Of a stretch of 64,000 bases of DNA, positions 14,647 to 29,970 are shown piece after piece (position 1 is the stretch's first letter; the number at the start of each line of letters is the position of its first letter). This DNA comes from Eledone cirrhosa. Taxonomy: Eukaryota. The stretch lies in NCBI GenBank assembly GCA_964016885.1, contig OZ024743.1, positions 215,388,001 to 215,452,000 of the forward strand, in the 5' to 3' direction. Made by a program: the position numbers and the translations under genes. The notes beneath the pieces are model-generated. The model did no database searches, was not told the origin of the DNA, and saw nothing but the letters and a program-made list of their open reading frames with translations.

Positions 14647-15720
14647 AGGCGGGTAAAATTCCCGAGATTCATGGACGAGTTCTCTCCAGCGGGCTCTGTC
14701 CCTCATTAACGCTGCCATGCCCCACGTCTCCAACAGACCAGTGTGTGTCCTTAGGGCATCAACATACGTCAACCTTGGTCTTCCTCATTTAGTGTGTCCA
14801 TGTAGAGGCTCTCACAGGAGTACTGAGTGCAATGTCAACTCTGGATGTCGGTGAGCATGTCCAGCTAACCTCGGTCTCCTCTGTGTCACTTTTGAGCTGA
14901 CTTTTAGAATGCTCCCATACAGCTCTGAGATGTTCATCCTCGGTGTATACTGATTAATGTTTGGGGCCATCCTCAGCATTCTCGTGTAGCACCCACCCAC
15001 CATCTGAGTGAGTTTCTTGGTCAGTGTCCAAGTCTCAGACCCGTACAGCAGGACAGATTCCACTACAGCTTTGAGCAGGCGGATTTGCAGGTCTTTACGA
15101 TGGTCCGATTTCCACACCGATCTCAAACTGTGGCACGCCGCCAAGGCTTTGCCCTTCCTCTCAACCACATCATCTTCCGTATTCCCAATCTTTGCTCCCA
15201 AATACAGGAAGCCCTCAACCAATTCTAGCGGCTTCCCGCCTACATTAGTGATACCCACTGGCTCCTCAACATTCTCTACCAGATATTTTTTTTTAGTCCC
15301 ATTCATTCTCAGCCCCACACTCATCGACATAGTCTCAACCTCCCGCATCAAATCTCTGCCTCCTTCACTGTATTTGTCACTAAAACTATGTCGTCGGCAA
15401 TTTCAGCATCCGAGAGCTTTTTCGCCCTAACTCTGCTGCTCTGAGCCGGTGCTACAGTAAAACCAGAGTCCTGGTGTTTCCCCAGTGCAAGGGGCATACA
15501 ACAGTCCATGATAAAAAGGTAGGGAGCCAATGCATCTCCCTGGAGCACTCCAGCCAGTATCTCAAATAACTCTGTCATCCCATCAGGTGTAATGACTTGG
15601 GCTTTGGCGTTGGTGTAGAGCAGTGATATCAGGTCCACTATCTTCTTGGGGCTTTCATAAGTCTGTAAGATCTTCATCAGGCAGTGACGGTCCCCAGAAA
15701 CAAAGGCATTCCTAAAGTCA
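14647..15720 (-). mobile_element. degenerate RTE-clade LINE 3' part (RT pseudogene)
   Basis: [36 protein letters not shown]; frameshifts; short (GATA)n tail. Confidence 0.85.
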
Positions 15721-15750
15721 ATATATATACATATATACATATATATATAT

Positions 15751-15899
<149 letters not shown>

Positions 15900-15934
15900 C
15901 ATATATAAATATATATATATACAAATATACATAT

Positions 15935-15965
<31 letters not shown>

Positions 15966-16002
15966 TACATATATACATATATATATATACAAATATACAT
16001 AT

Positions 16003-16033
<31 letters not shown>

Positions 16034-16194
16034 TTAGAATTGGAGCTCTGAAATAGCAATATATATATGGATGTATATATAATGTATTTTGCAATACACT
16101 TTATGCTTAATTAAATGCATTTTGAAGACCGTAAGCTATTGTTTTAAAGTAGTGACAAATTCACTCACTTTGATCTCAGCAAACAGGGTAGATA

Positions 16195-16242
16195 AGCCGA
16201 CAAGACTTGTTTCGCTTTGGTTGAAGCTTATCAAGGCCAACT
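16195..16242 (-). ncRNA. HHR variant with U3-A8 core (UUGAUAA)
   Basis: agttggcc-TTGATAA-gctt caacca aagc-GAAAC-aa-GTC-tt gtcggct. Confidence 0.7.
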
Positions 16243-16764
16243 GAAAGTCACTGAAAAGTAAGTCTGTTAAGACAAATATGTGTGTGTGTGTGTAGTAGTA
16301 GTACTAAAGAGGTTCATTGTTATCATAATGGTCACTAGGGATGTGTGTGTGAATTGCAGTCATGTTGACAGGTCAACAGTTCAGGTGCCTATTAAAACAA
16401 GTGTGTGTGTGTGTGTGTGTGTCTGTGTGTGTGTAGCAGAGTAATTCGTGGTAGAGGTATCGGGCAGTAGGAATGTGTCTGTACGTGGGTGTGGGATATT
16501 TTAACATGTTAAAAGATATTTTTCAGCTCTTGTCTTATACGGAGAAGTTTGTGTGCGTGTGTGTGTGTTTGTGTTTGTGTGTGTGTGTGTGTGTGTATAT
16601 GTCTCTTTGTATGTTAGTGTACGCGTGTGTATGTGTGTGTGTATATATGTGTGTGTGTTTATGTGTGTATGTGTGTGTGTGTATATATGTGTGTGTGTTT
16701 ATGTGTGTATGTGTGTGTGTGTGTGGGTGGACCAGTATTTTTGTGATACTGGTAAAAATGGTTT

Positions 16765-16845
16765 ACATTGCCTTTCATCCTTACGGGGTCGATAACATAA
16801 AGTACTGGTTAATTGCTGACCTTGTGCCTAAAGTAGAAACAATTA
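16765..16845 (+). mobile_element. partial tRNA-SINE inside the Neptune 3' UTR
   Basis: gcctttcatccttacggggtcgata…gtagaaacaatt; absent from the sister copy near 34710. Confidence 0.8.
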
Positions 16846-18299
16846 TTTGATATTTTCAGTAAAAACGATTCTCTCAATAGAACATCAAAATCCTTAATAA
16901 TAAAAGGTGTGAAATGATATATAGCATTGTCATAACACCAAGGTGCGTGTGAGTCTCCAGATTGTACGTACTGCAAGAGGAATCCATTTGGCCCTGCCGT
17001 ATTGGAATACTTGTGTACAAATATGTATGTGCCCATCAGTGTGCAATGCGTGTGTGCGTATATGCATGTGTGTGTTTTCGGCACGTTTATAGACATCAAA
17101 AGGTATGCAAATGTTTGTATATGTGTTGCACCATAGAACATGTGTGTTTACGTATGTCATTGTGTTTATATGTGGATAGAGATGTATGTAGGATGTATGC
17201 TGATGTAGTTATGTATGTTGACGTCTTAGGGAGAAGTGTTTAGACGGGGTCCGTATTTGTTAATAAAGTGAGATTCCTTGCTGATTCGCTGGGTGTGGGT
17301 GGCATTATCTTTAAATTGGTAGAGGTGAAAGATTCTGAAGTTGGGATGATTTGGGGCGGCACAGGTATCAATGTGTTCACTCAGTGATATTTTCCTGTAT
17401 TCCCGTATTTTAATTTGGGATCTATGGACAGTCATGCGTTGGCGGAGGCTGATTTTGGTCTGTCCTATGTATTGTTCTCGACAACCTGTGCAAGTTAATA
17501 CATATATTAGAGTTTCTGATGCGTATGTGAAATTGTGTTTTACTATAAAACTTTGTCCTTCTTTGAAATATAATTCCGAACCCTCTATTAGGTTGATGCA
17601 TATGCCAACGTTGGGTCAATCGCCTTTTTTTTACTGTGGGTTTCGTTGTTGAGGTTGGCAGTACTTTAGCATGTGTTAGGACATTTTTCATTGACTTAGA
17701 TTGTCTTTTGCTCTTTATGATATCGTGTGTTCGTAGGATTTGGTTCATTCTATGGTCCTTTTTAACACAGGGATGTTCTGGAGGATGGTGTCAAAGGCCT
17801 CATTGTTGAGGGGATTGTGTGTGGAGATGTATGGAATAGCTTTTAGTTTCGGTTAATTTACTTTAGGGTGTCTAAGGTCCTGGGTACTGAGTTTTAGGGC
17901 ACGTTGGATTCCATTGTCAATTAGTGATGCAGGGTAGTCCCTGCCTATGAGTGTGTCCTTTAGTTCTTGTAGCCGTAAGTAACAGGTGTTTTTATTGGAG
18001 AATATAGTACAGATTCTCTTGGCTAAGTTGTAGGGAATATTAATTTTTACGTGTCTAGGGTGGCAAGAGTTGAAAGGAAGATATTGCTTTGAGTCTGTGG
18101 TCTTGTAGTATATGTCTTTCTATTTTTTTGTTATGAATCTTAATGAGGATGTCGAGTAAGGGGAGTTGTTGATGGCTGTATTCCATCGTAAAGTTAATAT
18201 TCGTGTTGAGCCCATTTATAAGGGTGTGAAATTCTTTAAGTTTCTCGATGTTTTCGTGCCAAAGGATGAAGCAGTCATCTAGATATCGCTTCCAGTTCT

Positions 18300-18750
18300 A
18301 CATGACTGTCTTTTTAACACCCCACTCCTCACTGATTAATCTTGATGTCACGTGATTGATTCTTTTGAATTTGCCACTGACCGGGAAGGTAGTGAAATTT
18401 TCAGTGTCTTGAAATTTAGTCCGCGCTAGCTTTTTTTCCATTCACTGAATTATTTTTGTTTGAGTTCCCTTAGTTCGATTATCGCCTGGGATCTCAGCAG
18501 AGAATTGACTCCCTGATGAAGAAAGGAATCATCCATGGTTTTGAACACTATGTATATCCCCTTTCAGAAACTAATTAGTTGGAGTGAAACTTATATAAGT
18601 AAGTTAATTATTATAATTTTCTTATTTTACGTCTTTCATATAATTGTTCTACATTTTTGTATTGAAACACAAAGTTAGTAAGACAATACCTATATCTTGC
18701 TACCATAAGTATACTTCTGTATAAATATGTTGGTAGATATACTAATTCTT

Positions 18751-18752
<2 letters not shown>
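18300..18752 (+). mobile_element. non-coding HHR monomer family E (5'-truncated)
   Basis: Homologous to 46929-47957. Ends in (TA)n. Confidence 0.85.
18508..18585 (+). ncRNA. type I hammerhead ribozyme
   Basis: actcc-CTGATGA-a gaaagg..cctttc a-GAAAC-taatta-GTT-ggagt. Confidence 0.8.
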
Positions 18753-18818
<66 letters not shown>

Positions 18819-18819
18819 T

Positions 18820-19106
18820 GTAGGAGGTGAGTTTTATTGTAGTACAATAAAGCAATGCAGATATCGGATAAGAAGCACTCTACAGTTTGTAGGACTGGAG
18901 TATACATAATATAAGATCAAAAGATGGTTAAAGGAGTTCCATGTATTTTATTATGCGCAATATTATGTTGATTTAAAACTGCACTATCCACAAGTATTTT
19001 TTAGCTTTCATATCATGTTCTCCTGTTTTATCTGATGAAAACACAAATATTATTGCTCATAATAAAATACATGGAACTCCTTTAATCATCTTTTGATCTT
19101 ATATTA
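18820..19106. mobile_element. family G inverted pair; HHR in the + arm internally deleted
   Basis: Minus arm has the full tail. Plus arm 18965-19106 has CTGATGA but lacks the GAAA half. Confidence 0.8.
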
Positions 19107-19129
19107 TATATACATATATATATATATAT

Positions 19130-19800
<671 letters not shown>

Positions 19801-19883
19801 TATATACATATATATATATATATACATATATATATACATATATATAAATATACATATATATATATACATATATATATATAGAT

Positions 19884-20362
19884 GAATATACACGGGTGTG
19901 TATGATTGTGTATAGAAGATTATATTAATAAAAGGAATTCCAACTTTGTCTGATTTACTCGTTTTATTTACAATCCTTTAACATTTATAATGGTATTAGA
20001 ATGAAATAGTATGGTAGAATCGCTTAACATTTAATATTCTACCATACTATTTCATTCTAATACCATTATAAATGTTAAAGGATTGTAAATAAAACGAGTA
20101 AATCAGACAAAGTTAGAATTACATTTATTAATATAGTGGATTGGCAGTGTCGGTAGAGTGTCGAACGCCATGCTTTGACGTATAGAGTTACGCCCCTTGC
20201 CATTATGAGTTCAAATCCCGCCGAGGTTAACTTTGCCTTTCATCCTTACGGGGTCGATAAAATAAAGTACCAGTAATGTACTGGATAATTACTGGCTTTG
20301 TGCCAAAAGTAGAAACAATTAATATAATCTTCTATACACAATCATACACAACCGTGTATATT
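19884..20362. mobile_element. second family I inverted pair, interrupted by a SINE
   Basis: Same tail sequence as 19393-19520 in both orientations. Confidence 0.75.
20136..20318 (+). mobile_element. full-length octopus-type tRNA-SINE with TSD attaatata
   Basis: tggcagtgtcggtagag A box, gagttcaaatcc B box, gcctttcatccttacggggtcgataaa core; 9-bp flanking duplication. Confidence 0.88.
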
Positions 20363-20490
<128 letters not shown>

Positions 20491-20514
20491 TACAGAAATA
20501 TATATATATACATG

Positions 20515-20578
<64 letters not shown>

Positions 20579-20649
20579 CATATATATACATATATTCCTA
20601 TATATATATATATACATATATATACATATATATATATACGTATATATAC

Positions 20650-21529
20650 AGACCCCCCGGCCCCCCAACTGACCCCCCCCCCTATATCACCACTCCACCT
20701 CCGCCCCCCATCCCATTTCCATCCCTCCATCTCTCATTATTACCCTCTTTCCTCCCCTCTATCTCTCATTATTACCTTCTTTCCTCCCCTCCAGGTCTTA
20801 TATATTGTGTTGTATGCCTCTGAGTAAAGTTCCGTGGCCGCACACAAATTCACGTATATACCTGGTCATGTTTGCATACGTGCAGTTATGAACTGCTGCA
20901 CGCACACGTTCATGATTGATTTATTTATCTATTTAACTGTATATTTATTTATTTATTTAGTTACTTTATTTACTTATTTATTTATTTATCTATTTATTTA
21001 TTTATTTGTTTATTTATTAACTTATTTACTGGTTTATTTGTTTATCTGTTTGTTTGTTTGTTTGTTAGTTAACTCATTCATTGATTTATTAATTTATGAG
21101 TGAATGATTAGGTAATGAATAGATAAAGGATAAATGATAGGTAACGAATAGTGAATGTTAAATAATAAGTAGTGGATAATACATAATAAATAGTAATTAA
21201 TTACTTGATAATATTAATAACTTAATAGTGACATTAATTATTTTAATCCTCTATCAGGCCCAGTTTAAATTTAAAATTTAAAATTTTAAATTCGTCCCAC
21301 TACCTAATATTATAGACACATGTATGAGTGCGTACGAGTGCGTGTTTGTGCATATGCGTTTATGTGTACTTATTTGTATGTATGTTTGTGTATGCATGCG
21401 TGTTTGCTTGTAAATGTGTATGTGTGTGTATGTATATATGTATGTATATGTGTGTATATGTATGCATATGTGTATGAATATATATATATATAAATATATA
21501 TATGTATGGATATATGTATATGTGTATAA

Positions 21530-21623
<94 letters not shown>

Positions 21624-21811
21624 GAGATTATATATGTATGTGTGTGTGTGTGTGTATATATGTATATATATGTGTGAATGTATGTGTTTGTGTGTGAGTG
21701 TGTATGTATGTGTATGTATGTGTGTGCATATGTATGTATGTGTATGTATAGTATAGTTTACACGAGAGAGACATACGTACATGTAGGTATGTATATATAT
21801 ATATATATATA

Positions 21812-21866
<55 letters not shown>

Positions 21867-21876
21867 ACATATATAT

Positions 21877-21908
<32 letters not shown>

Positions 21909-22060
21909 ATGCGCACGTGTGTATGTGTAGATATATATGTGTGTGTATGTGTATGCGTGTGTGTGTGTATATTTGTATGCTTGTGTTTTTCTTGTGTATA
22001 TATGTATATATGTGTATGTATGTATGTGTGTGTGTGTGTGTATATGTATGTGTGTGTGTG

Positions 22061-22101
<41 letters not shown>

Positions 22102-22141
22102 ATGTGTGTGTGAATGTGTAGGTGTGCACACATACACAAGC

Positions 22142-22180
<39 letters not shown>

Positions 22181-22767
22181 TATGTGTGTATGTGTTAGTG
22201 TTTTTGTATGTGGTTGTGAGTATGTAAATATATTTTATTCTTTCCATTCTACAAAAACACTCTGGCCACCTGTGGCTTGTATGTTAACTTGACCACTCAC
22301 CCCAGTCTGTGCCATGATTCGGTCTTGTTAAATGTTTAATTTCTATTACCAACCCACCTAAAAAATTTCCCTACTTGTTGAATTACCTTTTTTTTATTTA
22401 TTTATTTTTTATTTATTTTATTTATTTATTCATTTATCTATTTATTCATTTATTTATTTACTTATTTATTTATTTCAAAAAGCACTCTGGCTAATTGACC
22501 ACTCCCCAAAGAAAAAACGGCCTGTGCCATGAAGTGGTCCTATGTATCTAAATACCCCCCCCCCTCCAATCCACCACCCCTCCCTTACCACTACCTAATT
22601 CTATAAATACCAGAACTTAATATGACACCCAGCTTCCTGAAGATTTCATCTGAATGAAACAGTACTAGTCCTGTAGAAGCTCCTTCTATAAAATAAAAAA
22701 AATTCACCCTGCCATGTATTGAGTATCTTACTTACTGTGGTTATCCCCGACTCAACCCGGGACCTAC

Positions 22768-22769
<2 letters not shown>
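20650..22769 (+). mobile_element. probable long non-coding PLE 3' UTR ending in family B terminus (5' boundary uncertain)
   Basis: Microsatellite-rich body. HHR and a tail matching 696-815. Confidence 0.55.
22631..22681 (+). ncRNA. minimal type I hammerhead ribozyme
   Basis: agcttc-CTGAAGA-t ttca tc tgaa t-GAAA-cagtactag-TC-ctgta-gaagct, followed by AATAAA. Confidence 0.7.
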
Positions 22770-22808
<39 letters not shown>

Positions 22809-23643
22809 TAAACAAATAATGAATAAAACAATGAAACAGTTCCTTATATTAAACAAAAAAAGTTCACTATTTAACGATCGTTTCTAGGATATATATGTGT
22901 TAGAATTGGCATGCATATTCAATAGATCTATGTACAAAATTATACAAAATTATACAAACTATCAAGATTAAATATACATACCAACACATATATACGCCGT
23001 CTTCAGAAATAATGAAATATATTTATTGATAATAACAACAATTCAAAATTTCAGGTCCGTTTGGGAACAAAATTGACCAATGAAAATACAAAAGGTTTAA
23101 TGCAATTCGGTGTGTGTATATACATGTAACTACCCTTACACATATTTTACAAAAATGTATGCTCAACTTGTATACGCATACCAAAAGGATGGATGCAAAT
23201 ACAAAATTTCAAGGTTAATGTCTCTGTAAGTTTATAATGCACAGATAAGATGCGTATAGACACATAAATATGAAATAAGTGTATACACATATTCTCATAC
23301 TCACACATATCCGTACAATCACACACACACGCGCGTATATGCATAAACATACACATAACTACGAACATACAAACACACATACACCCCCACTCACATATAT
23401 ATATGTGGATATAAAATCCTAAGCACATGGATATTAATTCACTCACATAAACACTGGCACACACATTTAGATCAAGATACAGAAATTAGGTGGGAGGGGG
23501 GGAGAGGTCAGTATTCAACGGTTTGGGCAGACTGCTTAATATAGATGTATCTATAAACTAAGAAAATAAAAAATAATAAATAATAAATAAACATTAAAAA
23601 GGAAAGAAAAGAAAAAGAAAAAAGAAAAAAGAAATATATCAAG

Positions 23644-23685
<42 letters not shown>

Positions 23686-23831
23686 CATATATATACACAT
23701 ATATATACATATATATACAAACACATACATACATATACACACATCCACACTTAGAACATACATACACACACATATATAAACATATACACATACACACATA
23801 CATACATATACACACATACATATAAATACAC

Positions 23832-23886
<55 letters not shown>

Positions 23887-24194
23887 CATATATACACATA
23901 TAATCACACATACTATATAGACACACATATATATACACACATACACGCACATATACATACACTTACATACTTATATACATACAGATATACACATACATAC
24001 CTATATATACACACAAATACATACAGACATACATACATACATACAGACAAATACTTACGCATCCATATATCGGTATATACATACAAACACCACTACACTC
24101 TCACACAACTCAGACATACAAAGAAAAAGGTATATACCTATACATATATACATATACAAATAGAGAAACATATACATACATATATATATATATA

Positions 24195-24225
<31 letters not shown>

Positions 24226-24420
24226 ACACATATACACACATACACATACATACACATACATACATGTACACACACATAGATATATATATACATACACACA
24301 TACACACATACATATATAGTCATACACACACATACACCTACACGAACATACACATACACATATATAAAGATATATATACACACACACACACATACACACA
24401 CACACATATATATAAAATAA

Positions 24421-24465
<45 letters not shown>

Positions 24466-24773
24466 CATATACATACACACATACATAGACATACATGTAC
24501 ATACATACTCATACATACATACATACACACACATACATACATATATATATACACACATAGACATATACATACATACACACACAACATACATACACACATA
24601 TATACTCATACATAGAATTAGATATATATTCATACATACATACGCACTTACATATACTCATATATACAAATACATAAGCTCTAGATAGAAGTGGCCACAA
24701 AAATAGATTAGAATATATACCTTCTACTAAAAATACTGAAAGCATACAACCTAATATTACCAACAAACACCAA

Positions 24774-25733
24774 ATGAAAAGTACACACCTAAATGCCACC
24801 CACACTATACCCCAAAATACCAAATCTTCTAATATAAAGTATAGTAACTCTCAAAAAACTACTCATCATACAACTCTAATAAATATTAATAATAAAACTC
24901 CTAATAAAAAGGATAAAACACCTAAATCTACAAATATAACTAAAAATGGTTGTGGTGAGATCATTAACATTAATCCTCCTAGTAAAAATCACGATACAAC
25001 CTATAAAAATAAAAATAATAAAAATAATAAACAACATAGAAACCGTAATAGACGGGTTACTTGGTATAATGCTCCATTTAATTTACAAATTAAGGATAAT
25101 ATTGCTAAAAAATTTTTTTATATCCTAGAGAAAAACTTCCCGCCAAACCACAAATACCATCAAATCTTAAATAGGTCTACAGTTAAATTCTCATACTCTA
25201 CAACAAATAACATAAAACAAAATATAAGTGCCTATAATGCATATAAATGTAAGAAAACCATAAGTATACCACCAGTACATCAAATTAACCATAATATCTC
25301 CTCAAATACAGAATTAACGAAAGGTTGTAACTGTAGAAACAAAGCAAAATGCCCATTAAAAGGGAATTGTCTTGTTAACAACATAGTCTATAAATGTAAT
25401 GTTAAAACTAAAGATTCTATTTGCTCATATATAGGAGCTACCTCTAACAATTTTAAGACAAGGTTTAATACCCACAAGCATAGTTTTAAAAATGCCGCAC
25501 TGGCTAATACAACATCTCTAGCAGAAAAAATCAATAGTTATAAAAATAAGAATATAGAATATGATTTGACCTGGAGTGTGCTCAAAAGAGCCACCCCTTA
25601 TCAAAATAATAGAAATGAATGTAGATTATGTTCCCAAGAACTATTTGAAATAATGAAATCTAAGGATATCCTATTAAATAAACGACAGGAATTAATTATA
25701 TCGTGTAATCATAAACTAAAAAAAAACATTTAA
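24774..25733 (+). CDS. PLE linker + GIY-YIG endonuclease (5'-truncated)
   Basis: RRVTWYNAPF, CNCRNKAKCPLKGNC, IVYKC…SYIGAT, CRLC…LLNKRQE…CNH. Confidence 0.88.
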   Translation: MKSTHLNATHTIPQNTKSSNIKYSNSQKTTHHTTLININNKTPNKKDKTPKSTNITKNGCGEIININPPSKNHDTTYKNKNNKNNKQHRNRNRRVTWYNAPFNLQIKDNIAKKFFYILEKNFPPNHKYHQILNRSTVKFSYSTTNNIKQNISAYNAYKCKKTISIPPVHQINHNISSNTELTKGCNCRNKAKCPLKGNCLVNNIVYKCNVKTKDSICSYIGATSNNFKTRFNTHKHSFKNAALANTTSLAEKINSYKNKNIEYDLTWSVLKRATPYQNNRNECRLCSQELFEIMKSKDILLNKRQELIISCNHKLKKNI

Positions 25734-27069
25734 ATATTATAAACCTAATTAATAACATTATTTTAGAAATTAATTTAATTTAAATGTTAGTTAACCTATA
25801 AATTTAATTTAATTAAAATTCTATTACAGATGAGAATATAAAATATTATGTAATCATAAATTGTGAAAAACCTTTAAATATTACTAATATATACTTAGTA
25901 ATTTAATTTATAGATTAATTTTAATTTATTTAAACCTTTTATTATAATTCCTTTACAGATAAAATATAACAAAATATCGTGTATCCAATGACAGAGAAAT
26001 AATTTTTAGTATTATAGACCTAATTAATATACATTTTAGAAATATATTTATAATTTGGTTTTAAATTTAGAAAACCTAAAAATTTAATTTAATTGGCTTA
26101 AAATTAGTATCCTTATACAGACGAATTGCAGAATGTCATGTAATCATAGAATGGGATGTGTTTTGGATATATATCTAGTTAATATATTCTTTGCGATTTT
26201 TGAAGAAATATGTATATGTATATATGTATGTGTATGTGTATGTGTGTGTATCTGTGTGTATATATATATATATATGTATATATATGTATATATATATGTG
26301 TATGTATATGTATATGTATGTGTATTAATTTTGATTTCTATTTGCATATAATTATATTCTGCTATTGATAAAATACAATATCTGTTTTATTTATTATATA
26401 CCTAATTAACATATACTATAGAAATAAATATATAATTTTTAATTTAGTTAACCTATAATTTATATTCTACTACCGATGTAATACTTTATTTGTTTTTTCC
26501 CTATTACTAAATTCATTTCCTAATATTGATACCATAACGTTATTAACTTTAATTTAGTTATACTATAATTAATACTCTACTACTATTTAACTTCAAAATT
26601 CTGCTTCAAATATTATAAACCTAACTAATTTACACCTTAGAAATCAATATGTTAACTATCTTTAGTTTAGTTAACATATAATTAATGGTATACTTATTTA
26701 TTTTGAAATGCATAAATTTTGCCTTATTTCTTATTTATTGTATTTCCTAACACTGAAACTATGTAAAAACATACATTGGATCCAGATACGGATAATATTC
26801 TATGTTTCTTGAAACATATATTTACTATAATCCCCTTCTCCACCCCCTCCCCCTTTCCCCCATACTATTATCATCTGTGTTTGTAAGCGTGTATGTATGA
26901 ATATATATGTAGGTAGGTGTATATATGTTTGGGTATTTATATCTGAATATAAAAATACATATATGCGCATGCAAATAAGAATGTAAGATTGTGTGTGTAT
27001 ATATATGTGTGTATGTATATGTATATGTGTATATATGCATGTGTATATATATGTGTATGTGTATGTGTG

Positions 27070-27150
<81 letters not shown>

Positions 27151-27387
27151 ATGTATGTATGTATATATGTGTGTGTATATATATGTATGTCTCTCTATTT
27201 ATATGTCTATCTTCGTATCTATGTGGATATATGTGTGTGTGTGCATGTATACACATATATGTGTTTATGTGTATATGTGTGTATGTGTATATATGTGTGT
27301 GTGCACACACATATATATGTGAGTGTGTGTATATGTATGTGTATATATATATATATATATCTGTGTGTGTATATATGTCTATATTCG

Positions 27388-27436
<49 letters not shown>

Positions 27437-27647
27437 TATCATTATAATATAACTTATGTGTATGTGTGTATATGTGAGGGTGTGTATATGTATATATATG
27501 TGTGTATATATATGTGTAAAAAAATATATATGTGCATGTCTGTTTTTTATGTGTGTGTATATATATATATGTGTATATATATGTATATGTGGGTGTTTGT
27601 ATGTGTATTTATGGTTGTATGTGTGTATGGGTATATATATATAAGTG

Positions 27648-27684
<37 letters not shown>

Positions 27685-28013
27685 ATATATATCTCTATTA
27701 ATGCGTGTATATATGTATATGTATATGCCTTTTTCTTTGTATGTCTGAGTTGGGTGAGGGTGTAGTGGTGTTTCTATGTATATACGCATATATGGATGCG
27801 TATGTATTTGTATATATGAGTATATGTAAGTGCGTATGTATGTATGAATATATATCTAATTCTATGTATGAGTATATATGTGTGTATGTATGTTGTGTGT
27901 GTATGTATGTATATGTCTATGTGTGTATATATATATATGTATGTATGTGTGTGTATGTATGTATGTATGTGTATGTATGTACATGTATGTCTATGTATGT
28001 GTGTATGTATATG

Positions 28014-28054
<41 letters not shown>

Positions 28055-28250
28055 TTATTTTATATATATGTGTGTGTGTGTATGTGTGTGTGTGTGTGTA
28101 TATATATCTTTATATATGTGTATGTGTATGTTCGTGTAGGTGTATGTGTGTGTATGACTATATATGTATGTGTGTATGTGTGTATGTATATATATATCTA
28201 TGTGTGTGTACATGTATGTATGTGTATGTATGTGTATGTGTGTATATGTG

Positions 28251-28289
<39 letters not shown>

Positions 28290-28602
28290 ATATATATATA
28301 TATATGTATGTATATGTTTCTCTATTTGTATATGTATATATGTATAGGTATATACCTTTTTCTTTGTATGTCTGAGTTGTGTGAGAGTGTAGTGGTGTTT
28401 GTATGTATATACCGATATATGGATGCGTAAGTATTTGTCTGTATGTATGTATGCATGTCTGTATGTATTTGTGTGTATATATAGGTATGTATGTGTATAT
28501 CTGTATGTATATAAGTATGTAAGTGTATGTATATGTGCGTGTATGTGTGTATATATATGTGTGTCTATATAGTATGTGTGATTATATGTGTATATATGTG
28601 TG

Positions 28603-28653
<51 letters not shown>

Positions 28654-28799
28654 GTGTATTTATATGTATGTGTGTATATGTATGTATGTGTGTATGTGTA
28701 TATGTTTATATATGTGTGTGTATGTATGTTCTAAGTGTGGATGTGTGTATATGTATGTATGTGTTTGTATATATATGTATATATATGTGTATATATATG

Positions 28800-28851
<52 letters not shown>

Positions 28852-29480
28852 CTTGATATATTTCTTTTTTCTTTTTTCTTTTTCTTTTCTTTCCTTTTTA
28901 ATGTTTATTTATTATTTATTATTTTTTATTTTCTTAGTTTATAGATACATCTATATTAAGCAGTCTGCCCAAACCGTTGAATACTGACCTCTCCCCCCCT
29001 CCCACCTAATTTCTGTATCTTGATCTAAATGTGTGTGCCAGTGTTTATGTGAGTGAATTAATATCCATGTGCTTAGGATTTTATATCCACATATATATAT
29101 GTGAGTGGGGGTGTATGTGTGTTTGTATGTTCGTAGTTATGTGTATGTTTATGCATATACGCGCGTGTGTGTGTGATTGTACGGATATGTGTGAGTATGA
29201 GAATATGTGTATACACTTATTTCATATTTATGTGTCTATACGCATCTTATCTGTGCATTATAAACTTACAGAGACATTAACCTTGAAATTTTGTATTTGC
29301 ATCCATCCTTTTGGTATGCGTATACAAGTTGAGCATACATTTTTGTAAAATATGTGTAAGGGTAGTTACATGTATATACACACACCGAACTGCATTAAAC
29401 CTTTTGTATTTTCATTGGTCAATTTTGTTCCCAAACGGACCTGAAATTTTGAATTGTTGTTATTATCAATAAATATATTT

Positions 29481-29630
29481 CATTATTTCTGAAGACGGCG
29501 TATATATGTGTTGGTATGTATATTTAATCTTGATAGTTTGTATAATTTTGTATAATTTTGTACATAGATCTATTGAATATGCATGCCAATTCTAACACAT
29601 ATATATCCTAGAAACGATCGTTAAATAGTG
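29481..29630 (+). ncRNA. type I HHR with very long stem II (mirror copy 22865-23014, -)
   Basis: cattattt-CTGAAGA-[115 nt hairpin]-GAAAC-gatc-GTT-aaatagtg. Confidence 0.75.
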
Positions 29631-29829
29631 AACTTCTTTTGTTTAATATAAGGAACTGTTTCATTGTTTTATTCATTATTTGTTTAATATTTTATCTTGA
29701 CTCTGTATACCGTTTATCTTTCACCGAAAGTGATTTTTCATTACATCTCTTCTTTCCATGATATCCGGAATACATTGAGTTCTTCATACGGATTGGACAC
29801 TACCGTAAACTCTTGGTAGATTTATCTAC

Positions 29830-29874
<45 letters not shown>

Positions 29875-29915
29875 TATACATATAAATGTATATATATATA
29901 CATACATATATATAT

Positions 29916-29970
<55 letters not shown>

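Larger units (their letters stand above)
16036..18297 (-). mobile_element. 5'-truncated Neptune-like PLE (RT C-terminus + GIY-YIG, disrupted ORF 18297-17226)
   Basis: Homologous to 35029-36100 (WKRYLDDC…YIGQT…GPRLNTSP). Microsatellite-rich 3' UTR with HHR. Confidence 0.9.
22802..29830 (+). mobile_element. Naiad-like PLE, 5'-truncated, with ~1.9-kb inverted 3' UTR copy (22802-24676 = reverse complement of ~27800-29693)
   Basis: Mirror pseudo-ORFs 23147-23464(-) and 29031-29348(+) are identical. GIY-YIG ORF present. TA flanks. Confidence 0.9.
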
